Shown here piece by piece: positions 1 through 12,903 of a DNA stretch of 64,000 bases; the first letter of the stretch is position 1; every line of letters starts with the position of its first letter. The DNA is from Peribolospora baueri. Its lineage: Eukaryota. Position numbers and translations under genes: made by a program. The notes beneath the pieces are model-generated. The model ran no database searches. It saw only the letters and a program-made list of their open reading frames with translations, and was not told the DNA's origin. The stretch lies in the NCBI GenBank assembly GCA_029717555.1, contig JAMDHS010000017.1, forward strand, positions 62,001-126,000, given 5' to 3'.

Positions 1-493
1 TTCCATCCTCCCTCCGCCCGCGCTCGACATCCTCGGCGGAAGTCCCGAACCTCCGGTGCCGGAAATTCCGGCCATGTTCGCCAAGAAGCCGGTGGGATAT
101 GAGAAGCAGCTCCACGTGTACGCGGTGCAGAGCCTCGTAAGTGTCGTCTCTGTCGTGTGTTCTTCCCAAAGCTAATCAGCTTGGGCCAGGCAGACCGGAC
201 CGGACTGGACCGGCGGTGGCTGACTCGAGTTCCTTTGCACTCCGCCCTCGCCTTCACATCCTCTTTCAGCGGGAATACGAGTCGACCGTTATCGTGAGTT
301 TCGGGAGACCGGTTCCTGACGTCCATGCCTACCTTGCCTTTTTCACTCTGCGCGCAAGCTCACGGTTTTTCACGACTTTTTTTTTTACTCTCTTCGCTGG
401 GAACAGGAACACGACGACTTCTTCTCCAACCCGGAAAACACCACCGTTCCCCGTCTCGCCGTCTCCTGGCCCAACTTGTGGAGCAACGATTGA
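1..493 (+). CDS. 3' part of a hypothetical protein (gene begins upstream of the window); exons ~<1-136, 270-293, 407-493
   Basis: Frame SILPPPALDILGG...PAMFAKKPVGYEKQLHVYAVQSL|REYESTVI|EHDDFFSNPENTTVPRLAVSWPNLWSND* is joined in phase by gtaagt/gtgagt...cag introns; stop TGA at 491-493. Function not recognised. Confidence 0.6.
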
Positions 494-805
494 ACGATCG
501 AGCTTTCTTGCCTTTCCCTCGTCACATCGCACGTTCCTCGCACCACTTTCATCACTCTTTCCCCTCCCTTCCCTTCGTCTTTGTTCGCTACCTATTACCC
601 CGTCAGCTGGAGTTCCTTTCGTATTCTTTCCGCCGTGTACCTCTTGCTCGCTCTTCCTTTGCAATCTCTCGTTCGGACCGGGTTCTTTTTTTTTTTTTTT
701 TCGCTCAGGATACACTCCTTGGCGAGAAACGCATTCTCCACACGTTCCAATCTAATGACGACTCGATTTACATCCCGTCGCACGTCCCGTCCATCAGTCC
801 GTCAG

Positions 806-2492
806 TCAGTCGGAGCAATCGGACGTCGTGCGCAGCTGCATGTCCCGATGAAGGTAGAACGAGGGCCACAGAAATTTGGACCCTTGTTGCTGCTTCCTCC
901 TTCCCCTCCGCCGCCCGTCGTTCATCGGCACCGGCACGTCCGCCACCCCTTGCCGGGGAGGAAATTGCTCGGGGGCAAAGTCGAGAGTGAAGAGACGGTC
1001 GTCGACCGCTCCCCAGACGCGGGAGTGCTCGAGCGCCACCGAATACACCGGCGAGCTCCGCGGGTGGGCGGCGAAGATGGACCAGCCTTCCTTGGGCATC
1101 CTCCTGTCCCACACCTTGACGCTGCTGTGCCGCGCCGTGCCGGCCACGACGTGGCAGTCGTGTCCGCCACCTTGTTCCAGGCAGTACACACTGCTGTTGT
1201 CCATCGGGTCCAGAAGGGCGAGCGATGGACAGAGTCCTCGCGATCGTGTGCCATCGTCTCTAGAGAGGGTGACGGCGGGGCAGCGCGTGTCGTACAGTCG
1301 CACCACGCCGTCGTACCAGCCGGTCAGGATGGTGTAGGGCTCGTAAGGAGGCGAGGAAAGCCCATACACCGCCGACATTCTCGCCGTGCCAAACAGAGAT
1401 ATCGGGCTCTCTAGCAATCCAGTCTCGGTCAAAGTGAACATCTGGACGGGCGGGGGGAACGGGCGGGGTGGCGAATGTCAGATGGCCCGGAACAAGAGTT
1501 GCTTGGCCCGTTCCAACCGGTTGGTCGGTCGAATAGCTCACCTGAAGCGGGTCCCTCCCCTTCGTGCCCACCGTCAAAGACTTCCGTGGTCCTCGCAAAG
1601 ACAGCGCGGCGCTCCAGGGTCGACCTGGCAATGACACCGAGCCAAGTGGACGCCACTCGGGATCTCTTCGCTCCGAGTCGTACACTGACACGGTGCCATC
1701 TCTGGAAGCGACGGCGATGAGACCATCTTCTGCGTGTAGAGCTTGAATCGCAGAGCCCGTGGCTGGCCTCTTCGATAGCGGAAGATGGCTTGGCCCAGCT
1801 CGGCCACCAGCACAAACCACAGCGTCGTTGTCTCTTCGTCCCCGCCCTCCATTGCCGTTGATGGACCTGGGCTTTTCCTTCTCCTTCCAGCCTTTCTCCT
1901 CTTGCAAAGCGTCCAGATCCAAGAGTTGCACCGCGCCGTCCGCCTGACCGACGACCATGCGACCACCTGAGCGATCGAGAAAGGCGCTGGCGGTCACGTC
2001 CTGGAATCCGACTTTGGCGCCGATGTTCTGCTTGACGGCGTCGAACAACTGGAGAGATCCGCCTCTTCGCCGAACGGAGTCCGCATCCCATAATCGTAGT
2101 TCCCCTCCACTCGTAAGAACAATTCTCCTCTCTGAGATCCGGATCAGTGGCGGGACGTGGTGACCTCTGCCAGGAAGACCGAGTTGCTGGCCGACGACTC
2201 TCCGCGAGCCCCATGCCCGGTCGACCTCGACGAGGAAGCGCGCTCGCTGAAGCCAAGAGCGCTGCACAAGGTCTGAAGGGAAGGCGACCGTGTTCCGAGG
2301 CCGTGCCAGCACGAAGCCTCGCCACCCAAACTCGACCACAAATGCGCGCAGAGTGCGGCTCGTGCGCGACAGCGCGGCTAGCGCTTGAGCGTCAAGCCGG
2401 GCGCAAATCAGAAGAAGTACGTCGGCAGGAAGGTCGGGAAGGGAAGCGGGTTGTTCACGTAAATCGCCCTTGGTCATTGCGATGCCGGACAT
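806..2492 (-). CDS. F-box / WD40-repeat protein (putative SCF substrate receptor), 2 exons
   Basis: N-terminal F-box motif LPDLPADVLLLICARLDAQALAALSRTSRTLR; WD40-like segments (ASRDGTVSVYD, TGWYDGVVRLYD, TARHSSVKVWD); intron ~1442-1541 (gtgagc...ccag). Confidence 0.8.
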
Positions 2493-2644
2493 GGACACGA
2501 ATACTAAGACGTCGGGCGTGGCGAGCGAAAAAGTCGGGACTCGCCAACACTCACGTATGCCTTATCTCATCATTCGATCATATCACGTGCGAGGCTTCCG
2601 CTTTTTAATCATACAGGAAAGAGCTCAAGCAAAAACTTTGGGAA

Positions 2645-3596
2645 TCATCGTGCAGCCTGGGCGCCGGCCGCTTGCTGCTCCGCCATCTTCACCTGGACGA
2701 TCGTGGGGAATTGGAAGAGTGTGAGTTCTTCTGAGCACATACGCAGTGGGAAGGGGGACGCCTTACCTGCATGACCTGAGAGTGCGCCGAAGACAGTCGT
2801 GGAGAACACGGATGGCGAAGGACGGGGAGCCAAAGTGTCAACCGATCTTCCTTCACCCTTGCAACTGCTCAAGGAGAGCCTCACCTCGATGACCACCCGC
2901 AAGTTATCCTGCTTCCTCTCAATTGTCTCCTGCAGCGTATCCAGCTTCTCCTTCACGAAATTCACCTTGTTCGTGAACAACGACTTGGCGTCCGCAGTCG
3001 TCTGTTCGAGAAAGCGATGTGGAATTTCTCTCTGAGTACCTGAAGCGTCTCAAGGGCCGTGAACGCCTTACCGATCGCTGGCTCACCTTTTCAACAAAGT
3101 AGCCTGTCCCAATGTCCACGACGACATTCTCAAAATCCGTGATTTTACCGGGGACGTAAAGTGACCCCGTGAGCGGAACCAGGACGGTTCTGTCTAAAAT
3201 AGAGAAGTGAACGAGAACAAACCGCGGCGGTCATTCCACATAACATGGGCAGACGAAGAAAAGAAAGTAAGGATAGCTGCGTATATCGATGTGACAAGGC
3301 GAAAAGGGTATAACCTTCTTACCTTTGTTACTGCTCTTGATGGATTCGACGCTCTCTATGCTGCTCCGGAACTTTGCCTGGGCCTGCTTTAACTGGGCGA
3401 ACGAGTTGGTGAGGTGGGAGAGCTCCTCGTCGAGCTGTCGCTTGACGTCCGCGAGCTGGTCGGTGATCGAGATTCCAGCGTGTGAATGACCATGGTTACA
3501 CCTGCACTGGAGTCGTGGAAGAAAAGAAGCGGTAACGGTTCTCACCTGAGGGAGGTCCAGGTCGGTCACCTCGACCGGCTGTCCTTGTCCAGACAT
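2645..3596 (-). CDS. GIM5: Prefoldin alpha subunit 5 (Gim5/PFDN5), 6 exons
   Basis: Spliced product MSGQGQPVEVTDLDLPQ|LADVKRQLDEELSHLTNSFAQLKQAQAKF...|VLVPLTGSLYVPGKI...VVVDIGTGYFVEK|...|VMQ|VKMAEQQ; LVPLTxSLYVPG and VDIGTGYFVEK are prefoldin-5 signatures. Confidence 0.93.
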
Positions 3597-3749
3597 GACT
3601 GCTGATGCGACGTGATGTCCAGGAAAATCGTCCGAACCCGAGGAGATGAGATGCATCGTCTGGCGCCGCGCCGCAGCAGCTCGGGCCTAGCGAGGTCGCG
3701 GCTACTACCACTTGACGGACAAAGCAGAACGACGACCGTCAGCGCCGAG

Positions 3750-5823
3750 ATGAGGTTCGAGTTAGTTGCCAAAGTCAGTGGAGCTGGAGCAAATGAGTGA
3801 GGAGAGGTTTAGGCCAATTTCGTGTTCTGAGATCTTAAGAGCCCGTTTCTCTCTTCGCAGTGCTCGACAACGATGGCGAGGGCGGCGCGAATGCACCTCC
3901 CCCACGGCGTGACCGACGTCCCTGCCTTCATGCCCGGTGAGGAAGCAGTGATGAAGGACTTGATTCGAATAGACACCAATTCTGACCTGCTGTTCCTGTC
4001 GGTAGTCGGCACCGGGGCTACTTTGAAAGGGCTCAGTGAGCGCGTCTCGGTCAGCCAATCCTGCCCAAACCAGCTTGCTTTGCTGACTTGCCGCGACTCC
4101 TCTAGCCTACCAACAGCTCGAGTCTCTAGGCATCACGCTCATCCTCAACAACACCTTCCACCTTTCTCTTAAGCCCGGCAAGGAGACGTTGGACAAGGTT
4201 GGCGGAGCGCATAATTTCCAGGGATGGAGGCACAACCTCCTCACGGACAGCGGCGGCTTTCAGATGGTGTCGCTGCTTGCCCTCAGCTCGATCACGGAGG
4301 AAGGAGTCAGGTTTTTGAGTCCTTTCGATGGCGAGCCGACGTTGTTGACGGTGAGGTCCAAAACATGATGACACCCTTCAAAGCCGGTCTCGCCGTTTCT
4401 GAATCGTCTCCCTTGCGCGTCTGCTTCCCATTGCCAGCCTGAGATGTCCATATCGTTACAGCATTCAATTGGCAGTGACATCATTATGTCAGTCGCCATC
4501 GGAGACCATCTTGATGACTGTGTTCTAACCGTTTATGCGACCCGCTCGTCTCTTTCCCTTCTCAAATTCCCAGGCAGCTCGACGACGTAGTCCACTCCCT
4601 GACGACCGGCCCCCGCGTCGCCGAAGCAATGGAGAGGTCGGTACGCTGGCTAGATCGATGCATCAAGTATCACCACGACAGCGGCCGGAGCGACCGACAG
4701 AACCTCTTCGCTATCGTTCAGGGTGGTCTGGACGAGGACCTTCGAGCGAAGTGTCTTGACATGATGCTAGAGCGGAGAGACGGCGTGGCTGGCTATGCAA
4801 TTGGGGGTCTGAGCGGTGGCGAGGCCAAAGACGTGTTCACAAAGATGTGTGTCCGCTCGCTGAACGTACCCAGCGTGGACATCACGTCGGCTCATGCTCA
4901 TTCTTTTGCCCTTTTGATCTTTCAAAAGCGTCAGACAATGCACTGAACGATTACCGGAAGATCACGTACGATATTGTATGGGTGAGTTTGGTTTTATCTT
5001 ATTCATTTTTACTTTGTGTTGCGCCTTTCTTAGTATGGACAGCCTTTGCGACGGCGCGCTGATGCTGATCTCCTCGCATCGCTCTACTCCGTAGGCATCG
5101 GATTCGGCGAAGGTCAGTACACCCGTTACACGGCGATTTTCTTCACCTTTTCAGGAGATCACTATCGCAAACCATTACGTTTTTTATACGCGCATCACAG
5201 ATCTGCTTGTATGTGTGGCGCTCGGTGTAGACATCGCCGACTGCGTAAGTGCAACAAAGAGCTTCCTTTCCAGCAAGCACCTCGTTGTGGAGCTGACGTG
5301 CGAACACGGTTTGAACTTTACAGGTGTTCCCGACAAGGGTAAGACAACCGTGCCAGCTGTCAGGCGAAAGAGTGACATTACATCTCACGCATTTCTTTTC
5401 ATACCGTAACAGACGGCACGCTTCGGCATCGCACTCTCGTTTGACGGCCCCATGAACCTCAAGCTGCGCCGATACTCGCAAGATATGTCCGTCATAGACG
5501 ACACATGCCCTTGCCCTGCTTGCTTAAAGGGCAAAGGTACGCCTCGTGCACTGTTGCACATGCAGGCTGGCAAAGAAACGGCGGCGGCACACCTACTCTC
5601 CATGCACAATCTGGCATACCAAGCGAGAGTGATGACCGGAGCGAGAGAAGCCATCATAGAAGACAGGTTCCCAGAGTATTTGCAGACTTATTTCGCTCGC
5701 TTCTTCAAGGCCAGGCCACCAAAATGGGCCGTGGACGCTTTGCGAGGTGTGGGTGTCCATATTCAGGGAGACGCTGTGGAGGGTGATGGGACGGTGTGGG
5801 AATACTCGGACAAACGTTTGTAG
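3750..5823 (+). CDS. QTRT1: Queuine tRNA-ribosyltransferase catalytic subunit (eukaryotic TGT), 11 exons; possible in-frame upstream start at 3651
   Basis: Motifs [65 protein letters not shown] and Zn site CPCPAC...HNL; all 10 introns are GT-AG and phase-compatible. Confidence 0.95.
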
Positions 5824-5908
5824 AAGGCCTCCCTCGGACATTAACTGATGTGCTGCCGGCATCCAGCATGTAGGATGGAAATCATAGGTATAGATGTACA
5901 CGTAAACA

Positions 5909-8900
5909 TCACTTTTTCCCCTTCCGGCGCGGTGCCCTGGCATTCTTGATCCTCCGCTTTTCCTTCAACTGCCGTTCTTTATGGATCTGCTGCACCGACT
6001 TGAGCTCGCTCTTGACCTTGCCCATCGGCTTGCCTACGTTGCGACCGCCCCGTATACCGCCTTTCGCCGCCCTGCCGCCGCCCTTGCTCGAACCCGCCGT
6101 CGAATCCTCTTCCCTACCTCCAGACGCCGCCTTGATCTTGTTCGGCTTGGGCTTGTAGTCTTTGGCCCACTTGTCCAAAGGCTTGGCCTCCTTGAACTGG
6201 TTGTGCCGGTACTTGCGTCCTCCAGAGAACATGTCACGGCCTTTCGAGCTCTCCGTCTCGCCGACCTTAGGGAGATCAACCTTGCGTGCCTTCTTCCACT
6301 CATCAAACCTCCCCGAGCGGAAGCTGGCGGGTAGCTTGACGCCAGACTCGGTCTTGATGAGTTTCTTGTTATCCGACCCCACGCCGTCGCCCTTGATGAA
6401 CTTCTTCTTCTTAGAGTCCCAGCGAGTCACGTTCGGGCGCTGGCTCGTTGTGCCAAAGTTGGAGTCGTCTCCAGTCAGGTCAAACGTCGCGGTGCGGGCT
6501 TGCTCAGCGAAGGTGGATCCGGACTTGAGAGAGTACCTGAAAAGAAATCAAAGCGAGTGTGCACGCAAATGTAAGCGTGCTCGAAAGAAAACCTTCAAGG
6601 GTTAGTCTGCGTCACTCACCCTTTCTCCGAGTATCCTTCCTTGGGCTCATAGGACAAATAAAACTCTGGGTCCCGGAAATCCCGTCGACCTTCCTGTTTC
6701 TTTGATGAGGACATATCAAACACCTCCTAGGTACCCGGAGAGAATGCCGGCTCAGCACGCCGGTCTTCAGCTTTTGTAAAACATCAGTCCTACGCTAACT
6801 CACCGCAATGTCATCCTCGTCCGCCTGTGCGAACGGCTGGAGCTGCATGATATCGTCATCTGACGCATCTGCGGCATCCTCCTCCACGCCTGCTTGTGCT
6901 GCACCTGCATCGCTCGCACCGCTGACAGTAGCGGCCTTTTTCAGCTTATTCGACAAGGTCTTCCTGCGTTCCTTCATCAACTGCGCCCCTGGCGTTTTGC
7001 CGCGAGTGCCGACCTCAAAAACAGTTTCTTGCGGCCGGAAAGAATTGACCGCCGACAAAAGAGAAGCCCGGGCTGCTGCCATTGAGGCATTGATACTTGT
7101 CGAGGGAGTACGAGCACTGGCCACGGCGGAAGCTGAACCAGAGATAACGTCTGAGCTTCGACCTGGCGCATTCGAGATGCCATCAGAAGACCGAGCTTCG
7201 CCGCCGGTGCCTGGGTCTGTACTTCGCAGACCGCAAGCCTCCCGGTGAGTGAATACGCGATGGACTGCCATCTCCTCCTCAATGCTTCCCGCCAGGCCCC
7301 ATTGTCGTCCTTGATCGGCCTTCAACATTTCCTTTGCCCTCCGGTAGCTTTCCTGGCTAGCTTTGCCCTGGCTGCGCTCGTACATGCCCTGTGCTTTGCG
7401 TACGACGTCTTTGAGCATAGGCAAGGAGGTCGCCGTGGCTGAATCAGCATGGAAGAGCGATGAAATGATGTACTCGTTTTCCGCGTCGAGGAGGTCTCGT
7501 GGGAGAGTGCCAAGAACAAGGTTGCTTCGAAGGTCATCCAAATTAGCTTGTGAAACCCCCTGCTGATGCTGCGAAGAGCTGTGGAGAGGACGGCCGAGGA
7601 ACAGCTGCAGGTCGAGCAGGTAAGGAAGTTCCGTGTTGGTGACCAAAGTCCAGGCATAGCCTTTCCTACCCGCCCTGGCTGTCCGTCCGACTCGGTGGAT
7701 GAAGACCCGACTACTTGTAGGGAAGTCGTAGTTGATCACATTCTCGAGGATAGGCAAGTCGATACCGCGGGCCGCTACGTCAGTGACGACAAGCACATCC
7801 GTCAAACCTCGACGGAAGCGGTCCATCTGCAGCATGCGAGCCGTCTGGTCGAGGGACGAGTAGATGTGGGAGCAAGAGTAGCCAGCGGTCGAGAGCAGGA
7901 GAGTGAGGTATTCGACGTGATGTTTGGTGGCGGTGAAAATGATGGTATGATGCGGCTTGAGCGATTCTGGCACACGAGACCCTAATCCGCGCTTGCGCTT
8001 CTTGAATGCCCGTTTGGTACCTGGCTCCTCCTCGTCGTCATCCTTCCCCCGCTGGGACGACGCCGGCTGAGCTAATGGCACGCCGACGACCTCCCGAAGC
8101 AAAACCAAAAGGGCTGCCTCCTTTTCCGCCGGCTTGACGCTGAAAAAGCCCATGCTCAAGCCCGCACTAATCTTAGTCTCTGCGTCGAGACGAACCAGCT
8201 TCGGGTTCTCTTGCAAGCCCGCCTTGGCGAACTCGACCAGAGATTTGGGAAGGGTAGCAGAGAAAAGGAGCGTCTGCCTCGTCGGGGGGAAACGGAGAAG
8301 GATTTCTCTTAACTGGAGCTCGAAGCCCATTTCGAACAAGCTGGGTTCAAAACAAGGGGACAAAATTGTCAAACGCAGTCAGAAACGACCGATATTGGGA
8401 TAAGAGCCAAACTCACCGATCAGCCTCGTCGAAAACGACGTATTCCGCAGATTTCAAGTCCAGATTCATTTCAACGACCAGATGAAGAAATCGGCCCGGG
8501 GTCGCAATGATGCTATGAAAAAACAAAGGTGTGGAATTGAGCGTATGGTGCAAGGAATAGTTTGGCGAACGCCGCACTCACACATCTGAATTCTGGGCTA
8601 TCATGCCGAACTGATCGTCAAGACTGTCGCCTCCAACGATGAGACCCCACCGAATTGACTCCTTGCTGGAACTGTCGTCCGCGCCTCCACTCTCTGCGCC
8701 ACGTTCTGCCTTCCAACCCCGCGCAAGCTCCTTTCCGACGCGCAAAATCTGCAGGGCGAGCTCGCGGCTGGGAACGAGGATGACGGCCTTAGCGCCAAAG
8801 GTCTGCGAGTGACGACCTTGGAGACGCTGCAAGAGTGGAACAATGTACGCGAGCGTTTTTCCTGAGCCAGTGCGAGCCATACCAACCAAGTCACGAGGAG

Positions 8901-9433
8901 GACTGGCCATAATTGAGGGAATTGTTAGACGCTGGATTGGAGTTGGGGTGGTGTAGCCACGTAGGAGGAGAGCACGCAAGAGAGAGGGGTGCAAGCCTGG
9001 TCGCAGTTTGAATTTGAATTAATCCGATGTTAGGGAGCCAGATAAGAAAGAGAATCGATAATAACAGCAAAGATAACAACTTACCCATGCTCTGAAAACT
9101 GCCTCCACCTACGACGCCGCCAGCAGCAAGCTTGTTTTTACCCTTCCCCTTCAGCGCCTTCTTAAGCACGGCGCTCCCCTCCTTGACGTTTCGTTTGCCC
9201 ATCGCCTGTGCAATAAACTCTTCGTCGTCGTCCTCGTCTACATTAAAGGGCTGCGTCTCCATTTTTGCCTTGCCTTTGCCCTTTCCCTTCTCCTTAGATG
9301 AAGGAGGAGCGGAAGGCAACAGAGACGACGTAATATCGACGTCGGCCTCCGCGTCCAAGTGAAGGTTCCGGCTCCCTTCGTTCGACTCGTCGTCGTCGGA
9401 ATTGAGGCCCATAAAATCCAGGTTGGGTGCCAT
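5909..9433 (-). CDS. DBP10: ATP-dependent DEAD-box RNA helicase Dbp10 (DDX54), multi-exon
   Basis: Q motif GSFQSMG...PTPIQR, Walker [53 protein letters not shown]-terminal DBP10CT-like WDSKKKKFI...[23 protein letters not shown]. Confidence 0.95.
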
Positions 9434-9676
9434 GTTGAGAGGCAGTAACGAAAATACTAGAAAGCTGTGGTTAGAGGCTGGTGAGATGGCTCACGAACGA
9501 CAAGGCGTCGTCTCTCTCTCAAGCCGAAAAGACTGCGGCGACGGCCAGACGACTTGCCGCAGCTTTCTAAGAGTACTCTTCTTTCTGTTCCAGCTGCTCA
9601 GACATCTTCCCTCCCATCTTCGCTACCCACTAACTTGGCAAGGCGATCTCAGCGTTGGAGACACCTATCAGCAAAA

Positions 9677-12600
9677 ATGTCTCCAGTGGCTGTGCCTGCG
9701 CAGGCTGCTCAAAAGCCTAAACTTCGTACGAGGTGTGTATGGCTCGTGAGAACGAAAGAGCGAGGTCGATGGAGTCAGGACCGAGTAGCCAAACCTGTTG
9801 TAATTTTGCCCTTTCTCCATCTACTCAGATTCCGGAAGGCAAAGACATATGAGCCCATATACACGGGAGGACCGGTGGCGCTGACACCCGATGGCGCTTG
9901 GATCGTGACCACGGTCGGGGAGGATGTGGTCGTCACGGAGGTCGAGACTGGAGAGCAGGTGCACAGGATCACAGGCGTAAGTGGCATTTCCCTCTTTAAC
10001 GACAGTGATGGCTCGGAGGACTCTGCACGCTCAACCTCGATGCTGGACATTGCCCGCTGTCCTGGCCACAGGATTCTGAAGATGTGACGGCTCTGGCTCT
10101 CACTCCTTCGGGCGCCCACCTCATCGTCGTTTCCCGATCACTGCACATGCGCGTCTACACTCTCCCTACTTTTGAGCTCGTCCGCACCACAGCAAGGGTT
10201 CACGATGCGCCTGTGATCGTCATGGCTTGTGACCCCACGTCGACTTTGGTGGCCACTGGCTCGGCGGATAGCACGGTAAAGGTGTGGGACATTGAGAGGG
10301 GCTTTTGCACCCATTTCCTTCGGGGCCACGGAGGTGTTATCTCCGCGCTCACTTTCAACTTTCCAGACCCGTTCGGACTGTCATCGAACGCCGACGCCAA
10401 AGGCAAGGAAATTCCAGGTCGGCCAGGTGGCCAACGAACGATGGAGCTCGTCTCGGGTGCAGACGACACCAAGATCCGAATTTGGAACCTACAGACGAGC
10501 AAGTGCGTGGCCGTGTTGGACGGGCACGTGAGCGTTGTCCGTGGACTTTCCTGCTCTTCAGAAGGAACACATCTTGTCAGCGGGAGCAGAGATCAAGTGG
10601 TGATCGTGTGGGATTTGGTGAAACGGAGACAGCTGCGCACCGTCCCGGTGTACGAGTCTTTGGAGACCGTTGGGCTCTTGGAAGAGACCAGTATTGTCGG
10701 TGATCTGGAAGCTGCTGAAGGGGCTCTGACGTCTTCGTCAGGATCACCGAGACGTATGTTCTACACTGGTGGTCAGCAAGGATTGGTCAAGTTGTTCGAT
10801 CTCGACACTGGCAAGGCCGTTCTGACGCAGCCGAGCTCCTCTAGAGCACTCAAGGATGAGCATGGTATTGCCGATATTATGTAAGTTTTCCGTAGGAGTC
10901 GTCTCTTAAACCTCACACCCTGACCCTGATTGACACTTGTTCTGTCTATGCTTCTCCAGCTTCACACGATCCAGCAACACTCTCACGGCCATCCATCAAG
11001 ACCAAAACATACAGACGCTTTCGGTCGAGCATGGCCTCCGAAGAGTGCGCCAATTGGTCGGCTACAATGACGAGATCATCGACGCCCTCTTTCTCTCCTC
11101 ATCTACGCAATCTTCCTCCGACACAGGGATCAGTGCCGATACGGCGCTAGCACTGGCGACCAACTCGGACGAACTGCGAATCTATTCAACGTCCCGCTTC
11201 GATGTCGAGCTGCTCTCAGGACATAAAGACATTGTGCTCTGTCTCGCCGCGAGCGCTGATCGACGGTTACTGGCGAGCGGAAGCAAGGACCGGACGGCAC
11301 GGGTCTGGGGTCAGCGAAGGCGACCGGCAGGATCGTCTGTCAAGGTGGAGGTAGAGCCGGAGTGGGCCTGTTTGGCGGTGTGTGAGGGTCATGCGGAGAG
11401 CGTCGGTGCCGTAGCGATGGCAAAGCGGGACAGTGGTTTCCTGTTTACGGCGTCACAAGATAGGACCGTGAAGATGTGGGACTTGACGGAGGTGTTGGGG
11501 ACGGATGCGATGCCGGACGAGCCTCGACGGCTTCGTAGCCTGATGACGCAAAAGATCCACGACAAGGACATCAACAGTCTTGACCTTGCACCGAACGACA
11601 AGCTGCTCGCATCGGCCTCGCAGGACAGGACAGCCAAAGTGTTTGCCATTGAGCGGTCTGTGTCTCAGGGTGGTGCTGCTCAAGCGCGACTTAAGCTACT
11701 CGGCATATGCAAGGGCCACAAAAGGGGCGTGTGGACGGTCAAATTCAGCCCTGTCGATCGATGCATTGCGACGGGAGGAGGTGATAGGACGATCAAGTTG
11801 TGGAGCTTAGAGGATTTCTCTTGCGTGAAGGTGAGCACCACCATCATGGTCTGTTTCTCCGATGTTTAGTCTAGCACGAATCGCTGAAAGAATCGCCGCG
11901 TATCTCTCTCGCAGACATTCGAAGGACACACGAACTCTGTCCTCCGAGTCGACTTCCTCACTGCGGGTATGCAGATGCTCTCATGCGCCTCGGACGGTTT
12001 GGTCAAACTGTGGAACGTCCGTGACGAGGAGTGTGTAACGACGATGGACAATCACACCGAGAGGATCTGGGGTCTAGCAGTTGGACGGGACGAGTCGGTC
12101 GTTGTCTCGGCCGGCGCCGACTCTGTCGTCACATTTTGGGAGGACTACACTGAGCAAGAAGAGGAGGAAAAGGCGGCAGCGTTCGAGGACCTAGTCTCAA
12201 AGTGAGTCGTGATACCGGATGAGGCGAGGAGGCACCAGAGGGGCGCGCCTAATCTGACCTGACCATCGCTGTGCTTTCGTCATTTAGAGAGCAAGACTTC
12301 CAAAACTTCCTCAGCGTGAAGGACTACAGGAACGCCATCATTCTCGCGCTCTCGATGGATCAACCTCGGAGGCTCCTCAACCTATTCAACACAGCTGCGG
12401 GGTCTCGCTCCGACGACTTGGCCCAGGAGGACGACGAACACACAATGGCGTCCTCAGCCTTAGCATCTGCGCGGAACGGTGATATTGCCAACGGCCCCGC
12501 TTCTTCCCGTTCTATCACTGGTGTCTTAGCGGTGGACGAGGTGATCCGCACGTTGAATCCCTCTGATCTTATCCGCCTTTTGGGGCACGTCCGCGACTGG

Positions 12601-12903
12601 AACACTAGTAGTAAGACGAACGGCGTCGCTCAGCGCATCCTGCATGCTATATTGCGCTACCACCAAGCCGAGAAGCTGGAGAAGGCGTTTCAAGAAGAGG
12701 CGCAAGCTGCTTCAGCGGACGGGACTGTGGCTTTGCCTGGCACGACGAAAAAGGCGGCCGGCGGCAAGCCCGCCACCTTGAAGGACGCTTTGGACGCTCT
12801 GCTTCCCTACACCGAACGCCATTTTGCGCGTGCCGACCGTCAAGTCCAGGAAAGTTTTATTGTTGAATACACACTCAACGCCATGGACTTCTTGTTAGAA
12901 TGA
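9677..12903 (+). CDS. UTP13: U3 snoRNP / SSU processome WD40 protein Utp13 (TBL3), ~6 exons
   Basis: N-term EPIYTGGPVA; many WD40 repeats (ATGSADSTVKVWD, THFLRGHGGVIS, LVGYNDEIID, GHKRGVW, FEGHTNSVLRV); C-terminal Utp13 domain EQDFQNFL...AIILALSMDQPRRLL...VRDWNTSSK...LLPYTERHF. Confidence 0.95.
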
